Assembly: GCA_040954595.2 (NCBI GenBank)
Contig: CM082589.2
Span: forward strand, 2,349,498-2,413,497
Length of the DNA: 64,000 nucleotides
Origin: Balanoglossus misakiensis
Taxonomy: Eukaryota; Animalia; Hemichordata
Reading direction: 5' to 3'
The translations under genes and the position numbers were made by a program. Shown piece after piece: positions 29,646 through 43,785 of this stretch. The notes below the pieces were generated by a model, which was not told where the DNA came from, did not search any database, and saw nothing but the letters and a program-made list of their open reading frames with translations. The stretch's first letter is position 1. Every line of letters begins with the position of its first letter.

Positions 29646-30470
29646 ATGACGTTGGTGGGACTTGAAAGGTCAGTATGTCTTCTTAGAGTCGAGGAAATAT
29701 TTATTTTATGAACTCTATAGGCAACATGAAATGTTAAACGAATAAAGGGGTTGTATTTCTATGAGCAAAACACCACCTTCTGACTTGTGGCTGAATCTAC
29801 CAGGAAGGCGTGTCCGTTAGTACAATGTGTTTTGTGGCTTAAACACGTGTTTTAAATTAGTTTTTAGCGCATCTGTTCGAAGGGGATACTTGTGTGCTTT
29901 GTGTTAATTCAATTGGGGCAACTGTATGCTAATGAACCTACATGTATATGGCCGTTCCAATTAACAGTTACATGGTACACTGGGACAAAGTGGAATCTCT
30001 GCAGCCACAAATGCGTCCAGGCGACATAGTGCAGATCAAACGCGACTACATACATGCCGGAATATATATAGGCGACGGAATGTTAGTTCACATATCTGCG
30101 CCTGATGGAGACGGACCCACTTCTGGAAAACTGACCGTCGTTAAAGAAAGTCTTGAAGACGCAGCGGGCGAAAATAAGGTCCGCATTAACAACGACGAGG
30201 ACAGCAAATACCCTCCTTTGACTGAAGAGCAGGTTGCTGAAAGAGCCAACGATTACGTTGGTAACAAGTACAAGAATGAAAATATAGAGCAGACGATTCG
30301 TTATTTTGTAACGCTGTGCAGGTACGGAGGCAGTCGTGTGGAACAGGAAGGATGGTCAGTGTTTAATTTTTGTTTGTTGTCTAATTTCCAAACGGTACTG
30401 AACACGATTAGGCAGTGTTAAACAATAATGACATTATAATTATCTGCTTTCATTTTTTTCCTTCAGGTAA
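29646..30470 (+). CDS. LRAT/PLAAT (HRASLS, NlpC/P60-like) domain protein lacking the catalytic Cys
   Basis: The main exon (~29968-30354) reads RPGDIVQIKRDYIHAGIYIGDGMLVH...VVKESLEDAAG...VRINN.EDSKYPPL...YFVTLCRYG. The start exon MTLVGLES (29646) and the stop at 30468-30470 are tentative. Confidence 0.8.
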
Positions 30471-31301
30471 CTGATCCATCACCAGGCATCGAATTTCGTC
30501 TTGTCACATCATGCAAAATTCATCGCTCGAAGAATTTACAAAGAGGGACCGCATGTGACACGCACAACTCTTGCAAGAAGAGAAGGGAGGAAAATTTTGC
30601 AATAAATTGAAGCTCGCATCCGAAGTTGGATGAGACAGGCTGTGATATCACAAACTGAATAGTCATGATGATATCCGAAAAATTTAATAAGTATGGCCTT
30701 GTTTGCTGGACTGCCCGTTTTATCAAATACCATGCATGCATTCGGATTATGAGAATTTCAAACGTCTTTCAGAGTGAGAGCTTCTAGACATACATGTCTT
30801 ATACTTGCTCCAATCGACTGACCCCCCTCTAGTCTGAATTGTCTTTCCTTTGCAAAGCTGTCTTTTCCGAAAAGATTCAGTGCTCATTTCTTCACATTTG
30901 CTGCTCGAAAATCAATACAACAACGGTGGTACATGTACTTGTATCGAGGTGTTTTATTAACTTGTACAAAGAAAGAGACAATCCAAATGTATTCTGCGCA
31001 TGACCTTAAATTGTATCATGCATATGCATGAACACTCAGTAAGCGTCATTGTCGTGTTTGATTGCCCACGTTGTAGGGCGAACCAGCCTCTTGTAAACAA
31101 CGGACTTTCTTGGTTTGTGGGTGTTATAATAGAAATGAAGGGGTCCAAGCTTACGATCAATAAGATTTATTTAAAGACTAATATATGGTGCTCAGCTTTT
31201 CCTCGCCTGTTGGCCGTTAATAAACGTTACTGGCAAGCTAGTCGCCCTATTTATTCCTGAGTGAATTCCATCGTACCAGTCCGTTATCTATTTGTTTATT
31301 T

Positions 31302-32857
31302 TTAAAATGGCGTCTCGGGTCGCTTCTTCATCCACTCTGCAATGCGGGGGAGTTTCTCAACTCGGGTCTTCAGAGCAGCCAGTTTGGGACAGTCTTTGAA
31401 CACTTCAGGCTTCCATTTCACCATGTTGAACGTTATGGCGGTGAATGACAGATCGGCCAGAGTCACCTAAAGCAAATAAAATACAAATGAAAGGGAAATG
31501 TCACACACACGCACCAAGGTTAGACCACAGGGATTTATTCATGGAAAGTAGAAAAATACTAATGTGATAAAAATTAAATCATCATGATGGGAGGAAAAAT
31601 TCAGATATGAAACAAAAGATGTTCTTACCGAGTCACCGACGAAGTACCCATCACCACCTTTGTTTTGCACAAGGACTTTCTCCAGACATTTCAACAAATT
31701 TGGGAAATATTCGCCATAGTTTTTGTCCATCATCTCTTTCTTCTTTGCTGCATCCTGTTCCAGAAACATTGCTTGAAGTTTTTCGTATATGTCATCCACG
31801 ACGTCGAAGACCATGTCAATCTTCGCTTGCTGCAAGGCGTCCTTGGCATATAGATCTGTTTTGAAATGGGTACAGGGGAAGATGTGTTTGTTATAGTGTC
31901 CACATCTCAGTGGATCACATGGAATGCACGATATTAGCACAATGTTTATAATCTAAAGCGCCCTCTCCAGATGACCTATGCGTATTGTTGCGTCCATGTT
32001 TACCAGTACGCCATTGGCAGTAAACTACTTACCATGCTGCCGTGCCAGGTAACGGGCAACCGTCTGGCTTTCGCTTATTGTTGTTCCGTCGATTTCCAAT
32101 GTAGGCAGACGACAAAACGGGAATTCTGTAACACAATCAATAGAGTTAAGCAACGCCCACAATAGCTTTTAGCATGTGTCGATCGTTTGTATAGACAAAG
32201 GGTCAATTACTTCGACTATTGTTGAGAAGTTGAGAACGTATGCCGCAATTACATATGCATTAGTTGGGACACAAACCGTTTTCTAACACGTGAAAATTTT
32301 GCTGAGTCACCGTTACAACTGATAACTTAGTAGTCACCCATTGAAAAATGCACTATTCAGTTCTCGTATAAAGGCCATGAAATACTAGTACATGTATCAC
32401 CCATGTGATAATATAGGCCTATTAACAGGTATTCAGTGGCGGCCTGGGTGTGACCTGCTTTTGAGGTCACTTATCGCATTTATGTGTAGGGGAGGGGCAT
32501 GCGGCAGAAGACTGGGGAGAGTTCGGTGCCCCCCCCCCCCACGATGACCCCACTATATTCTGTTACGTAGTAGGAAACGTAGTCCAACACAGCCACGCCA
32601 CACATCAATGGATCAATGGAATTCCCTTGCAGCTGAAGCGATAGTCCATTATTTAACCATTATCTAACACGTATCTCAGCTAAACCCTTCCACCAAGGGC
32701 ATGCAGGTATATACTTACTGCCAGAGTTTTTCAGGCCTGGCCAATCGTCCCGTTCAATCCTGACATCTTCATACTCAACACCAGCTGCAGCAAGGACAAA
32801 CCTCGACGTCTCTGCACGTGCTCTGATATTGAAGTAATTCAGGACGTATTTCACCAT
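31302..32857 (-). CDS. Sigma-class glutathione S-transferase (S-crystallin/HPGDS-like), 4 exons
   Basis: MVKYVLNYFNIRARAETSRFVLAAAGVEYEDVR, then PFCRLPTLEIDG...ARYLAR, then YFVGDS and VTLADL...IAEWMKKRPETPF*. Exons at ~32857-32719, 32125-32032, 31855-31629 and 31466-31302. Confidence 0.92.
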
Positions 32858-34528
32858 TTTAAATTCAGAGCGAGAGCTACCTGACCTGCGACTATCACAC
32901 TCTCTGCAGTTTGGAATTATGCAAATACCAGTGGTGTGACCTATGCTATATGTATCGAGAGATAAAGCGGCGTGGGTCGCCGACCTCCTTACAACACACT
33001 CAGGTGTATCTGAATATGAAAGGTGGTTGTCAAGGGGATGCTTGTACATACACTTCGATACACGTGTACATTAGAACATCCGATAACTTATTTTGGGTTT
33101 CAGTCATTTCAGAAGGGCTTTAAAATAGTTCAGACTATTAAATTTATTTACGTGGCTCCAATGCATTTTACCGTGTATGACTCAGCAAAACCCAAAAATA
33201 AACACATGTAAATTATAGATGGAGGACTTTTGTTCCCTGGCCTGAACACGTTTTACAAGCATGGTGTGAAAGACCGTCGAAAAACAACCATGACAAATTC
33301 AAATCTCTTACAAACAAGCATATAATTCACGAAAGAAATTCCTTTGGTCCGGGCCTTTACACAATCCCCGATTACGTAATCAAAAATTCGAGGTCTGTTC
33401 ATTCTTTCACTCATACGGAATATACAGATATACAGTTGATGAAAGCCTGAAAAGATATCTTTTTGAATTCGAATAAATATTAATGTTTCTGTGGGGACGG
33501 GCCCGTCAAACGAGATTTGGGCGGCATGTTTACTTAAAACTGTCACCTCCAAGTGTAGATTATGAACTGTATGACCGAATAAACGGTTGATAAATGCGTA
33601 TAGAGTCAGGAATGAAAAATGTTGGCACCAGGTGGTGTCCTATCAGATTATCCCGTTAGTTAATGTTATCGCCAACTTCAGACCATGTTGTGCCCCAGTT
33701 TTTATTTGATAAACCAATACTCTGCGGGCATTTCGTGAAAACTGTCAAGAATGACCGTCTGAAGTGTTCTCTAGTGGTCTGAGAAGCATATGGTAAGGAA
33801 AAAATTTACTCATTTTGGTCAAAAAAGGGTTGATGGAAATCGTCAATGGTTGTAGTTGTTGAACGGCGGAGGAAAGTGATTCTGTAACTCATCGGGAGTG
33901 TATATTTAAACAGTCTTTCTTCTCAGAGTACACTGCAACAGGTGTTTTAAATGGACGTGAATGCTTAAAGTAAACAAGAAGCAATACACGATGTTCCACA
34001 CCGTATTGATCCACACCAGTACAGGAATGTATGATGCCGTAATGTATTTAAATATCAATTAGCAAGGAAAATTTGAAGGTGTCGTCTGCGCTAACGTTAT
34101 GGGTTATTGTATTGTGCTGGGCTTTCTGTGCCTGAAAATGTACATAGCTTTGTTTGAGGCGAGGGGAGGTGACAGAGAAAATATTGCATTATCTACTAGC
34201 TATGAATACCAGTTGCTTCTCATGAACTAAATAATTGTAAATTGGCTTCTATTATGATTTCCTACGCAGCAGCTTTTTTCTTGTTCAGGTTTTGTCACGT
34301 GGTGATGTTGTTGTTGTTGGAATGACGATTCGAGAAGGCATTCACAGATGTTTATTTTCGCGAATTTCCCATGATATGATTCTTTGTATAATGACAGTAG
34401 GCAAAGACTGGCCTAAAGATATATATATATTTGCCAAACGGTTGAACTATTGAATGTTTTTTTTCATCAAAATAGGGATACAAATAAGACCTTCTTTGCA
34501 AGAGTTTTTTTTCGTCGACGTACCAAAT

Positions 34529-37500
34529 ATGCATACTGCGACAACATTTGTGTTGTGGGCGGTCTTATTGTTTGTTAATGCTGGAACAACCACCATTGAA
34601 GAAAGTCAAATGGTAAGTTGTCTCATGCCATTCTTCACAATGTAGTGCACAGGGCTACACTGCAAAACCCCACATGTACCCGTAACACGCAAATGCAGCG
34701 GTTTTGGCGTAGGACGGAATTTTTTAACAGGTGTGTGTGTATGTGAATATGCAAATGATATCGATTATGTTGATTTTATCCAGTCACACGGTACTGATCG
34801 ATTTCAAATCTTATTTCGTAAGCATTGTCTACTTGTTTTTGCCAGCGTAGACATGTATAGATAGTAGTAAGTGTTCCGCGATTCATTCTACGATTAATTT
34901 ATTTCATAAAATTTTAATCTCTTCAACTCTTCAGCAAGTGTCATTACAAGACCGGAAACTGTCAGATGTTGATGAAATCACCAATTTCATATGCCATGAT
35001 TCCAGTGCAGGCATGCGTAAAGTTTGTACCACAGAGCTGCAAGGGTGCAAAATCGATGTCAATCTAACAAGGAACGTTGGTAAATGTATTGTCTATGTGT
35101 TATATACAATATAAACATCCCTTATCAAAAATCGAGGTTCTTCTATGCAAATTTAAATCATTGAGTAATCCTGAACTGATTTATGCTTCACTGACAGGAC
35201 TGTTATCGCCCAATGCGAAAGCGCAATACATGACTGATGACAGAGAAGACTATTTCCACAAAATCGAACCCCAGCGCTGCTTCTTTCTTGGTTCTGTCGC
35301 TATGTGGTGTGAAAATAACAGCCCCAGGAAGGAAAGAGGCAGGGCTGCCCTCAATATGTGCGAAGGCATGGTAAGCCACTGAAGCCAGCAGCAAAAACTA
35401 GACGCTCAACTTTAAAAATCAATATGTCGTAATGCATTTGTTTTTGTCACGTTATGATATCTAAATATATTTGGCTGTATCCTCTGTCCTTCAACAGCTG
35501 ACATATACAGCTACGCCATTTATGTATTTTGTTTGGTTTATTCGAATAGCAAGGAATGATGATAGTTGATGATGTACGGTATAGCATCACTCCGATGCAG
35601 ACAGAAGAAGGCGTCTACACTGTGCAACTTTTGGCCGAAGGCTCTACAATGTCCAGCAATGTGGCCAGCGAGTTCGATCCAGATAGTAAGAAAATGATAC
35701 TACTGTTCTCAATTTTATCTGGAGCTGAATAGTTGAATAAATTATGCCTGATGTCTGCTAGAACACTTAAATTATAAATAAATCATATGTCTGTAGCAGT
35801 CTGTCGATGTTAAATACATTGGATTTTTGTCGCTTGTATTTTTATCAGATGTACGATTGACTTTATCGAACGGCATGACCCTAAGTGACAACAGTGGATA
35901 CACAAGAAAAACAACAATTCGTGAACAAGCACAGAATCATCGTCGGCGCTCACCGGGAGACGTGGGAGCTACTCTGCATGTAGAGATGCTTTTGACGATT
36001 GATTACGACTTTTACAGATTGCACGGGAAGTCTTCTGTCATGCAGGCATTGTCTCTGATCAACCAGGTCGGTTTATGTTTAGTTAGCATATACCCCTTTC
36101 CAGATTAGTATTACAGCGAACAGAAGGCGAATTCGAATCCTTATTTTGAAGTCAGATGTAGTTCCATCTTTGCCAGCGTATCTGCCTGCTGTCTGTCTTG
36201 CATAGGATGTCTAAGCATCACACAGTGATAGTACTCATCCTAGAATATTTTTATTTTGCTTTTAGGCTCAGTCAGTGTTTTATCACAGCAGTCTTGTCGA
36301 CAGCGAAATTTTTATAAGTCTTCATGTGGTCAACATTCAAGTCATGACAACTCCTTATCTGCTGGTGAGCTTGATATATGTATATAAATATTTTAATGCA
36401 AGAATGTTTGAGATTATATCATAAATTTCACCACATCTGAGAGATACATAGGAAGAAATTAGTCGGATTCATTCCACTTCCTTCACAGAAACTTCGCAAC
36501 TTGGACCAATGGACAGACATAGCTGATGCCTACGTCACATATTCAAATGATTGGGAGACTAAGTTCTGGATACCAGATGATAAGGACCCAGAGCACCATG
36601 ATATCGCTTTGTTATTGACCGGGTATGTTAGCGATAAGCACGCTTTATGTATGTATTCATTCGGCCATTTTCGTGACCCGTATGTGACCTTACGTCCTTG
36701 TACTTCCGCTGGTATAGGTGTCAACATCTAACATTCTGGTACAAGAAACGTGTAAAATATTGCTTGAAAAAGAATCACCTCGGTAAATCAGTTAGTAATT
36801 TATTGACTACATTTGCAATTACAGAAATATTGTAGAGTTTTTCATCAAACTGGTGGATTTATACCAACAGATGTACGAGGATGTAAGGTCATGTAAGAGT
36901 CATGAAAATGGCCTTCTAACTTTACTATCTTCCCATTCAGTTCTTCATCTAACGTGAACGACGATGAAGCCATGACAACGTACAAGAGTTGCAATGAAGG
37001 CAGAACCGGTGTTGTTCGCTACTCGACGCCAAGCCACACAAGTGCTGTCATCGCCCATACACTTAGTCTGATGTAAGTAGACTAACACATGAAAGCTCAT
37101 AGAGGCAGCCATGTATTCTACCTGTGCATTACTTTCATAGGGAAGCTATTCTCATGTGTTGGGTAAAGCCTGTATCAACCGTTACATGGCACGGGTGTTA
37201 TCATTGATTCACTACAGGTCGTCTAAGAAGGCATTGTACGGTCCATTGTTTCTTTCAGTATTCGGGAAACACCTGGACATTACATAACAGTTAATTTCAA
37301 AATACGTGTTGGCATTCAGATGTGTTGAATTTGCCATGTATACACAAAGGTAAAACCAATGTTGTCGCCATTAACGCTTCTAGGCTTGGGATGTACTATG
37401 ACTTCAAACACCCTCTGTGTGGTGATATTTACAAGGAAGACGATGAATCAAGCAACGGGATTCTCACCGACCCAGATAGATTGTACTTTACCGAATGCAA

Positions 37501-40500
37501 CAGAAGAGATGTCCTCTTTTATTATCAGTAAGTTGTCCAAGTTGTTGATCAATGTCATTTTCAAACGTTGCAAATATTGATACATGTTACTTCATTTTCC
37601 ACTCAATTCAATCTACACACGACTGTCTTTACAGAAATCCAACAGTCGACTGTTTTGATGATAGTCCCATACCAGAAGAACCAAAGGAGATTGCTATGAT
37701 GCGTTATCCCTCACCCGCCGATGCAACCTGCGCTGGACTTTATGAAAACCATGACGATTATTTCAGCGTGCGAGTCTGTCCTTGGCGATATCCTTCGGTA
37801 TGCGCCACTTTTAAACACTTCTCACATTTGCGCACCCAAGATGTTTCACGCTTGTCTGAAAATTAACATCCTGCTTAACAGTCACATTGCCCTGTGTAAT
37901 ATATTCCACCTATCGTTCGTGCGTTTATTTTAGAGCGACTGCGCACTTTGGTGTGAACTACAGCCTCGCAACCAAGATGGCGTCAAGCGTGTTGACAAGA
38001 AGATTTGTAAAGCAGAGGACGAACCAATGCCGCTGGACAGTGGCGTGCCTTGCGAGGGCAACAAGGTACAGGAATATACAGGTTATCATTTCTGAAGCCG
38101 CTATTTTGATTTGATTGCTATGTGAGATTATTTTGGGGAATCTTGATATGCTTATTATTTCTTACCCTTTTAAGGTATGTGATGGACCTGCATGTGTATG
38201 CCCAGAAGGAAACATCTGCAAAGAACGGACGAGAAGATCTGGTAAATTTTGTTGTTCATAAGTGCACTAAGAATGGCCCCCTTGCTTTACTGAAATACCA
38301 AATGTACTATACTCAGGTCAATAACATTCCGTTTGTTTGATTTCTCTGGATGGGAGAAATACTTTGAAGCATAATGCGTTTTTGTACGCTTATCTCTACT
38401 TAACAGCATCAATCCACCCAAGGTTCTACACTTTCCACAAAACCAGATACACAGATCAACAGTCTGCCGATCTTGTGTGCAGGGACAATGTCGGCATGCT
38501 GTTGGAAATACCCAATGTGGAGACACAGGCATTATTGGAAGACATAATTGCTAGAACCACCTCGTTCGACTATTTCTATATGGGATTTAGACGCAGCAGC
38601 GAGGTTGCTGACGAATGGGTGTTCATCAATGACACGGCTGTGAAATACTTTAATTGGCAGGTGAACGAGCCTAATGACAACAGCAGCGAATGTGCAGTAA
38701 TGAGGTAATTCCGAGCCACCTCAATACTAGTTGACATGTCACGCTGTGCTTTACCAATAACAAAGTGTTGGCCACCAAAATATCCCTTTCAAGTTGTTAA
38801 TTTAAAGTAAACGATGGCATTTCTGTTTCAGTCGCGATGATGGATACATGTGGTTGGACTTCAGCTGTGATGGCGGTGCAGCCTTTATATGTCAATATGG
38901 TGAGAAAGGCAGCTAACAACTAAGTTTTTCCAATATTGCGATACCTTATGCATGGAGATAGCTTCAACCCAAAATATTCACTTTAAACATATTCGATAAT
39001 GATACTGATAACAATTTCACACGTTTCAGACTGCTACACCGAAACTGAATGGTGCAAGCATGGTACTATAAGTAATTCGACTGGTACTACGTGTACCTGC
39101 ATTTGCGACACTGGTTGGCATGGGGACTTCTGTGAATGTAAGGAAGGTTTACTTTTTTTCCAAGTTTGTCGTTGGTCTTTTCAAAAGTCAGACTCGCCGA
39201 ATCGTCAAAGTTATGATCAAATATCATATTACAATTCAACATTTTGATTTTTTTAGTGATGGACACGAAAGGGGCGACAAACTTCGAAGTAAATCAGAAA
39301 GATTTGAATTATACTGCTGCCAACACGCACTGCTTGGACTTTGCTAATACGAAGCTTCCAAGTGTATCGGATGAAACGTCTTATAACGAGTTCGTCACTT
39401 ACCTTCAAGACACCGAACAGCTTGCTTCAACATTTTACGTCGACTTGACACTTGTTGATAATCTTTGGGTGGACAGCAACTACAAAACACCTCGTCAGAC
39501 ATTTTGGGCGGCAAACGAACCGACGCCAGGCAAAAACTGCGTTGGCATTTGGTATGTACCGACTTCTACACCCATGTTGTTAATTTGCATAAAACTGGCA
39601 ACACAAGATCATTATGCAAATATGCACGTGTCCATTGCGTTGCAAAACAATACGCATTGCATCGTTTGTTAACTCTGAGATTATTTTGCTTACTTTCAGT
39701 GGTTGCTATGAATTCTTATGGAGATCTGTAGACTGTAGCGAGGTTCATAAAGTTGCTTGTGCATTAGGTAAGGAATGCATGCGTCATATATGATATTTGC
39801 CAGTATGTGTTATTGCATAAGTAAAACCAGGTGATGGGCAGGGTTGGTTTACTATTTTCGAAACACCTGATATCACTTCGTAATTTCAACAGAGGTCCAG
39901 AGACACAATATATTTATGCTTTTGTTACAGGATGCAGAAAAACCGACGAAGAATGGTGTAAAAATGGCGACATTGTATTAAACAAGGGAAATTGCGAGTG
40001 CCAATGTTGGGAAGGGTCAATTGGTACATACTGTAACGGTAGGTTTACTTGTTTCCATGCAAAATATTGATTGTTAACCCGAGAATACATATGTGTAGAT
40101 GTTCCTGAAAAAGGTAACTCTTGGCGTTCAATTTCCTGAATTTCAGATTTTGACTACAGCGACTTTATCAACAAAACCATTCTGTTCTATGAGGAGCAGC
40201 GCTCTGGATATCTGCCACCAACCAATAGAATCGACTGGAGGGCGAATGCACATTTGCAGGACGTCGGACAATATGGCGAAGACCTCACAGACGGTTGGTA
40301 CGATGGTGAGGACGTCAGAATTTTTTTCATGAAACCTCAGTGTTGTTAACATTGTCATAGTTCATTTTCCGAACTCCACGATACTCTGCAATCATGGTGT
40401 ATTCATTTTTCCTTGTTAAATTACGACAGCTGGTAATTATGTGAAATTCGCATTGACGGTCAGTGAAAATGTTTGGAAGCTTGCCTGGGGACTAATCGAG

Positions 40501-42815
40501 TTCAAGTCAGCCTACGTGGACGCCAATCTACTGAACGACTTTTACGACTGTCTGAAATGGGGCACGGATTTTCTGCTGAAAATGCATTTGGAACCGGACT
40601 TTCTTTATGCGCAGGTAATCGGCCATTTGCATGACCTCTGTAAGACCTATGTTTTCTACTTCCGGTCGCTGTCATTGGAATGGGTCCGCCATATTGATTT
40701 CCAGCCCAACAGAGAACCATCCATTGTATTGTGAATCTGTTGGCTTATCTTAACAAATGGAAATTATGTGGTTTATTTTTAGACTGCAACATGCAAATTA
40801 TGCAAAACATAAAAACACGTTCTCTTCACTTCACCAGGTTGGTTCTGTCACGTTCGCCAAGACTACATGGGAACGTCCCGAAAACAGCACTGAGGGCGTA
40901 CGTGTTGGCCTGCCTTTGAATGTCACCCATCCAGGAAGTGACGTAGCTGGGGGAACATCGGCTGCATTTTCGGCATCGTACCTTGTATTTAAAGACGTCG
41001 GTGAGCGCACAGGGGAACTATAGTCACTCCTATTTTACATCAGATGCGCATAAAATGTTCTGTTTGTCAGAATCCGTAGAAAAAAGTGCTACCTGAATTG
41101 TTCCAATTAGTGTAGTTTATATAGTTAGTTCATTTCTCATTATGTGTTATTTATTTTCGCTTTTCTTGATTATCATCTTAAGATGAGCTCTACGCCGCCG
41201 AACTATTGGCCCATGCCAGAGATGCATACACCTTCGCATACACCTATCGAGCACTCTGGTCCGACAGTTTACCAGTCTTAAGCTACGTGTAAGTACATGT
41301 GATCGCCTGCCACAAGTGGCGTACGCGTTTTCGTGGGCCTCTATCTCTCTTTCCGTATTTAATAAGTTAAGAAAAGTTAATTGGCTTCTATTACGTTTAT
41401 TAATACTTACTTGCTTGCAATATCAAACTATTCATATGCTGGTCAATACAGGAGCAGCTCTTATGAAGACGATCTTACAAACGCTGCAATTTGGCTGTAC
41501 AACGCGACCGGTGAAAAGAATTATCTTGATGATGCCGAGAATCTGTACACTGAATTCGGACTGAACTACGCAGAGGCCATCTTCAGCTGGGCCAAAGTGC
41601 ACGTTCCCGTGCAGGTAATAAATTTCTTATTGGTCTAATCCGGACCACCTAAGACATAAATGTACATTGACTTGACTTCACGGTAGATAATATACCGTCA
41701 ATGGAGATCTACATTAAATCTATGTTCTCTGTTTTCAGCTAATGCTGTATCTGCACACGGCAAATACAACCTATCTGAACAGAGTAGAGGAAACGTTCGA
41801 GATGTGGTTCAATACCTACTACACACCGAAGGGACTAGCGAGGATTACTGACAACAGGGCACTGAAAAAAGCCGGTACGCAGTTCCTTCGTCCAGTAATG
41901 TAACATCTGTCATGGGTTTCTTTGGCTCTGCTAAAACACAGTGTAGACTATCTGATACTTCTGCTGAGATGAGACGGATATCTGGCGCCCCTTGCCACCA
42001 AAATGGCTATTTTCTCGACAAATTGGGCAGAAGATTCACTGATGTTTCTCCCGGTATTTTTTTATTAATTATTTCAGTGGATATGTCCTATCTTGGGTTG
42101 ATATGCGCCAAACATGGAATCCACGCCCAGGAATATTTTGATTTTGCCGAACAACAGATTCACTACGCTTTGGGGTCTGCTGGAAGAAGTTATATCTCAG
42201 GATTTGGTCACAACTCTCCCGAGAAAGTTCACCATCAGGCCAGGTAGAGTTTGTGCCATACTCAATCATTATGAAACTTGCAACACTAATAGTTTGGTAA
42301 CACAAAGACCTAGTTCGTCTGAGCAAATTGGCCGTGGATAGTATACTGTTGTTTGCAATATAAAGTCGTTTTGATTAAAACTGCATAGATGCACAATGCA
42401 TTGACGGATTTAATCTTTTAAATCTGACAGTTCCTGTCCGGAAATGCATGAAGTCTGCGATGATAACGCCAGAAATTCTGAAGAAATTAATCCGCACACC
42501 TTGTGGGGTGGTTTAATCGGCGGACCAGACGCGTTAGATCGCTTCTTTGATCACAGAAAGAATTGGGCTCAGAATGAAGCTGGTATCAACGTGTCTGGCT
42601 TACAGAGTGCTGTTGCAGGTAAGAAGTGTGTTATGTTGTATACAATAACGCCTGTTTTACTGGAATTTAAATGAGGTCGGGGTCGAGACTGTCTGGAGGT
42701 GTCCTGGGACGAGGCTACCACATAATTCACCATGAATGATTACACGTTCCAGCAGTAATCATTTTCCCATGTTTTCATTGCAGCTTTAGCTTACTTCCGG
42801 AACCAGCAGGGATAA
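34529..42815 (+). CDS. Gene B: SP - pro - non-catalytic M12B-like - Cys-rich - CTL - EGF - CTL - EGF - GH9; paralog of the 3' half of gene A
   Basis: The signal peptide is [19 protein letters not shown], and homology to 20630-12179 is nearly exon by exon. Landmarks: [77 protein letters not shown] and [10 protein letters not shown]. Confidence 0.88.
40147..42815 (+). CDS. GH9 endoglucanase (cellulase) domain exons of gene B
   Basis: [64 protein letters not shown] and [14 protein letters not shown]. Confidence 0.9.
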
Positions 42816-43039
42816 GTGTAAATATGTCGAATGGTCTTCTCCGACAAAATTGATATTCATTTATCTAAATATAAAATTAAGTGTTTAGCAATGAATACAC
42901 TATATGGAGCTGTCAAAATTTGACGAAAAAAGAAATTGTATTCAGGTGAACATGATATGTATCCACGTTTTTGTTAATTGGATTTATATTGAATGTCCCC
43001 ATTCCATTAAAATGAAATTAAAAGGCGTATAAACTGTCG

Positions 43040-43785
43040 ACAAAGTTGATGGTGACGTCATCGAAACCCTGTAGGTCATATTGCTACACTGCTGTTTGTC
43101 GGTTGGTGGCGACATTAAAAAATCCGCAACAGACCTTGCCTTTCGAATATGTAAGAACTGTGTCTCAACTATTTGCATATGATATAGACGGAGCGTTTGA
43201 ACAGGTGCGAATAGTCTGGCGATGTACGCGGTTTTTCAATTTATATTTAAATTTGATGACCTTTTGGTGACCAAGCGGGTTAAATTAATTAGGTCACAAT
43301 TTATTTGCCATACCGTTGGTGGCGACATTTAAAAATCCGCAACAGACATTACCGTCCGTGTAAGTCAGAACTGTGTCTCAACTATTTGCATATAGACGAA
43401 GCGTTTGAACAGGTGCGAATAGTCTAGTCTGGCAATGTACGCGCCGCACGTTTTCAATTCATATTTAAATTTATGACCTATTGCTGAGCAAGAAAGCGGG
43501 TTAAATTTTTTAGGTCACTTCTTGATCAGTTCGCGAGGTCATTGAAATTACTCCACTATTTTTCTCAGGTGTTTGGCAGTCTTGAGTACAGGAAAAAATA
43601 TCAAACAGGTCGGATATTTTGCTCGATGGCACATAGGGAAAAAATCAACAAAAATTAGCAGGACACAAGAGATAACAAATGCTGACTAAAATTCCTCAAA
43701 TAAAGTTGTTGGTGACGTCATTAAAACCTCGTAGGTCATATTGCTACAGTACATTTTATCATACCTGCCGTTGGTGGCGACAGTA
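43040..43785. repeat. Local direct repeats: 2 x ~212-bp tandem unit plus a third partial copy
   Basis: gttggtggcgacatt.aaaaatccgcaacagac...gaactgtgtctcaactatttgcatat...gcgggttaaatt...taggtcac occurs at ~43102-43297 and ~43315-43518. aaagttg.tggtgacgtcat..aaa...gtaggtcatattgctaca occurs at ~43042 and ~43702. Confidence 0.85.

Noticed and set aside
40147-42815. GH9 as a recent bacterial transfer or contamination
   Set aside because: The domain is split by several spliceosomal introns shared by both paralogs, and GH9 is established as an ancient endogenous animal family.
43040-43785. Repeats as a possible CRISPR-like array
   Set aside because: The units are long (~200 bp) and degenerate with no repeat-spacer structure, the context is eukaryotic, and there are no cas genes.
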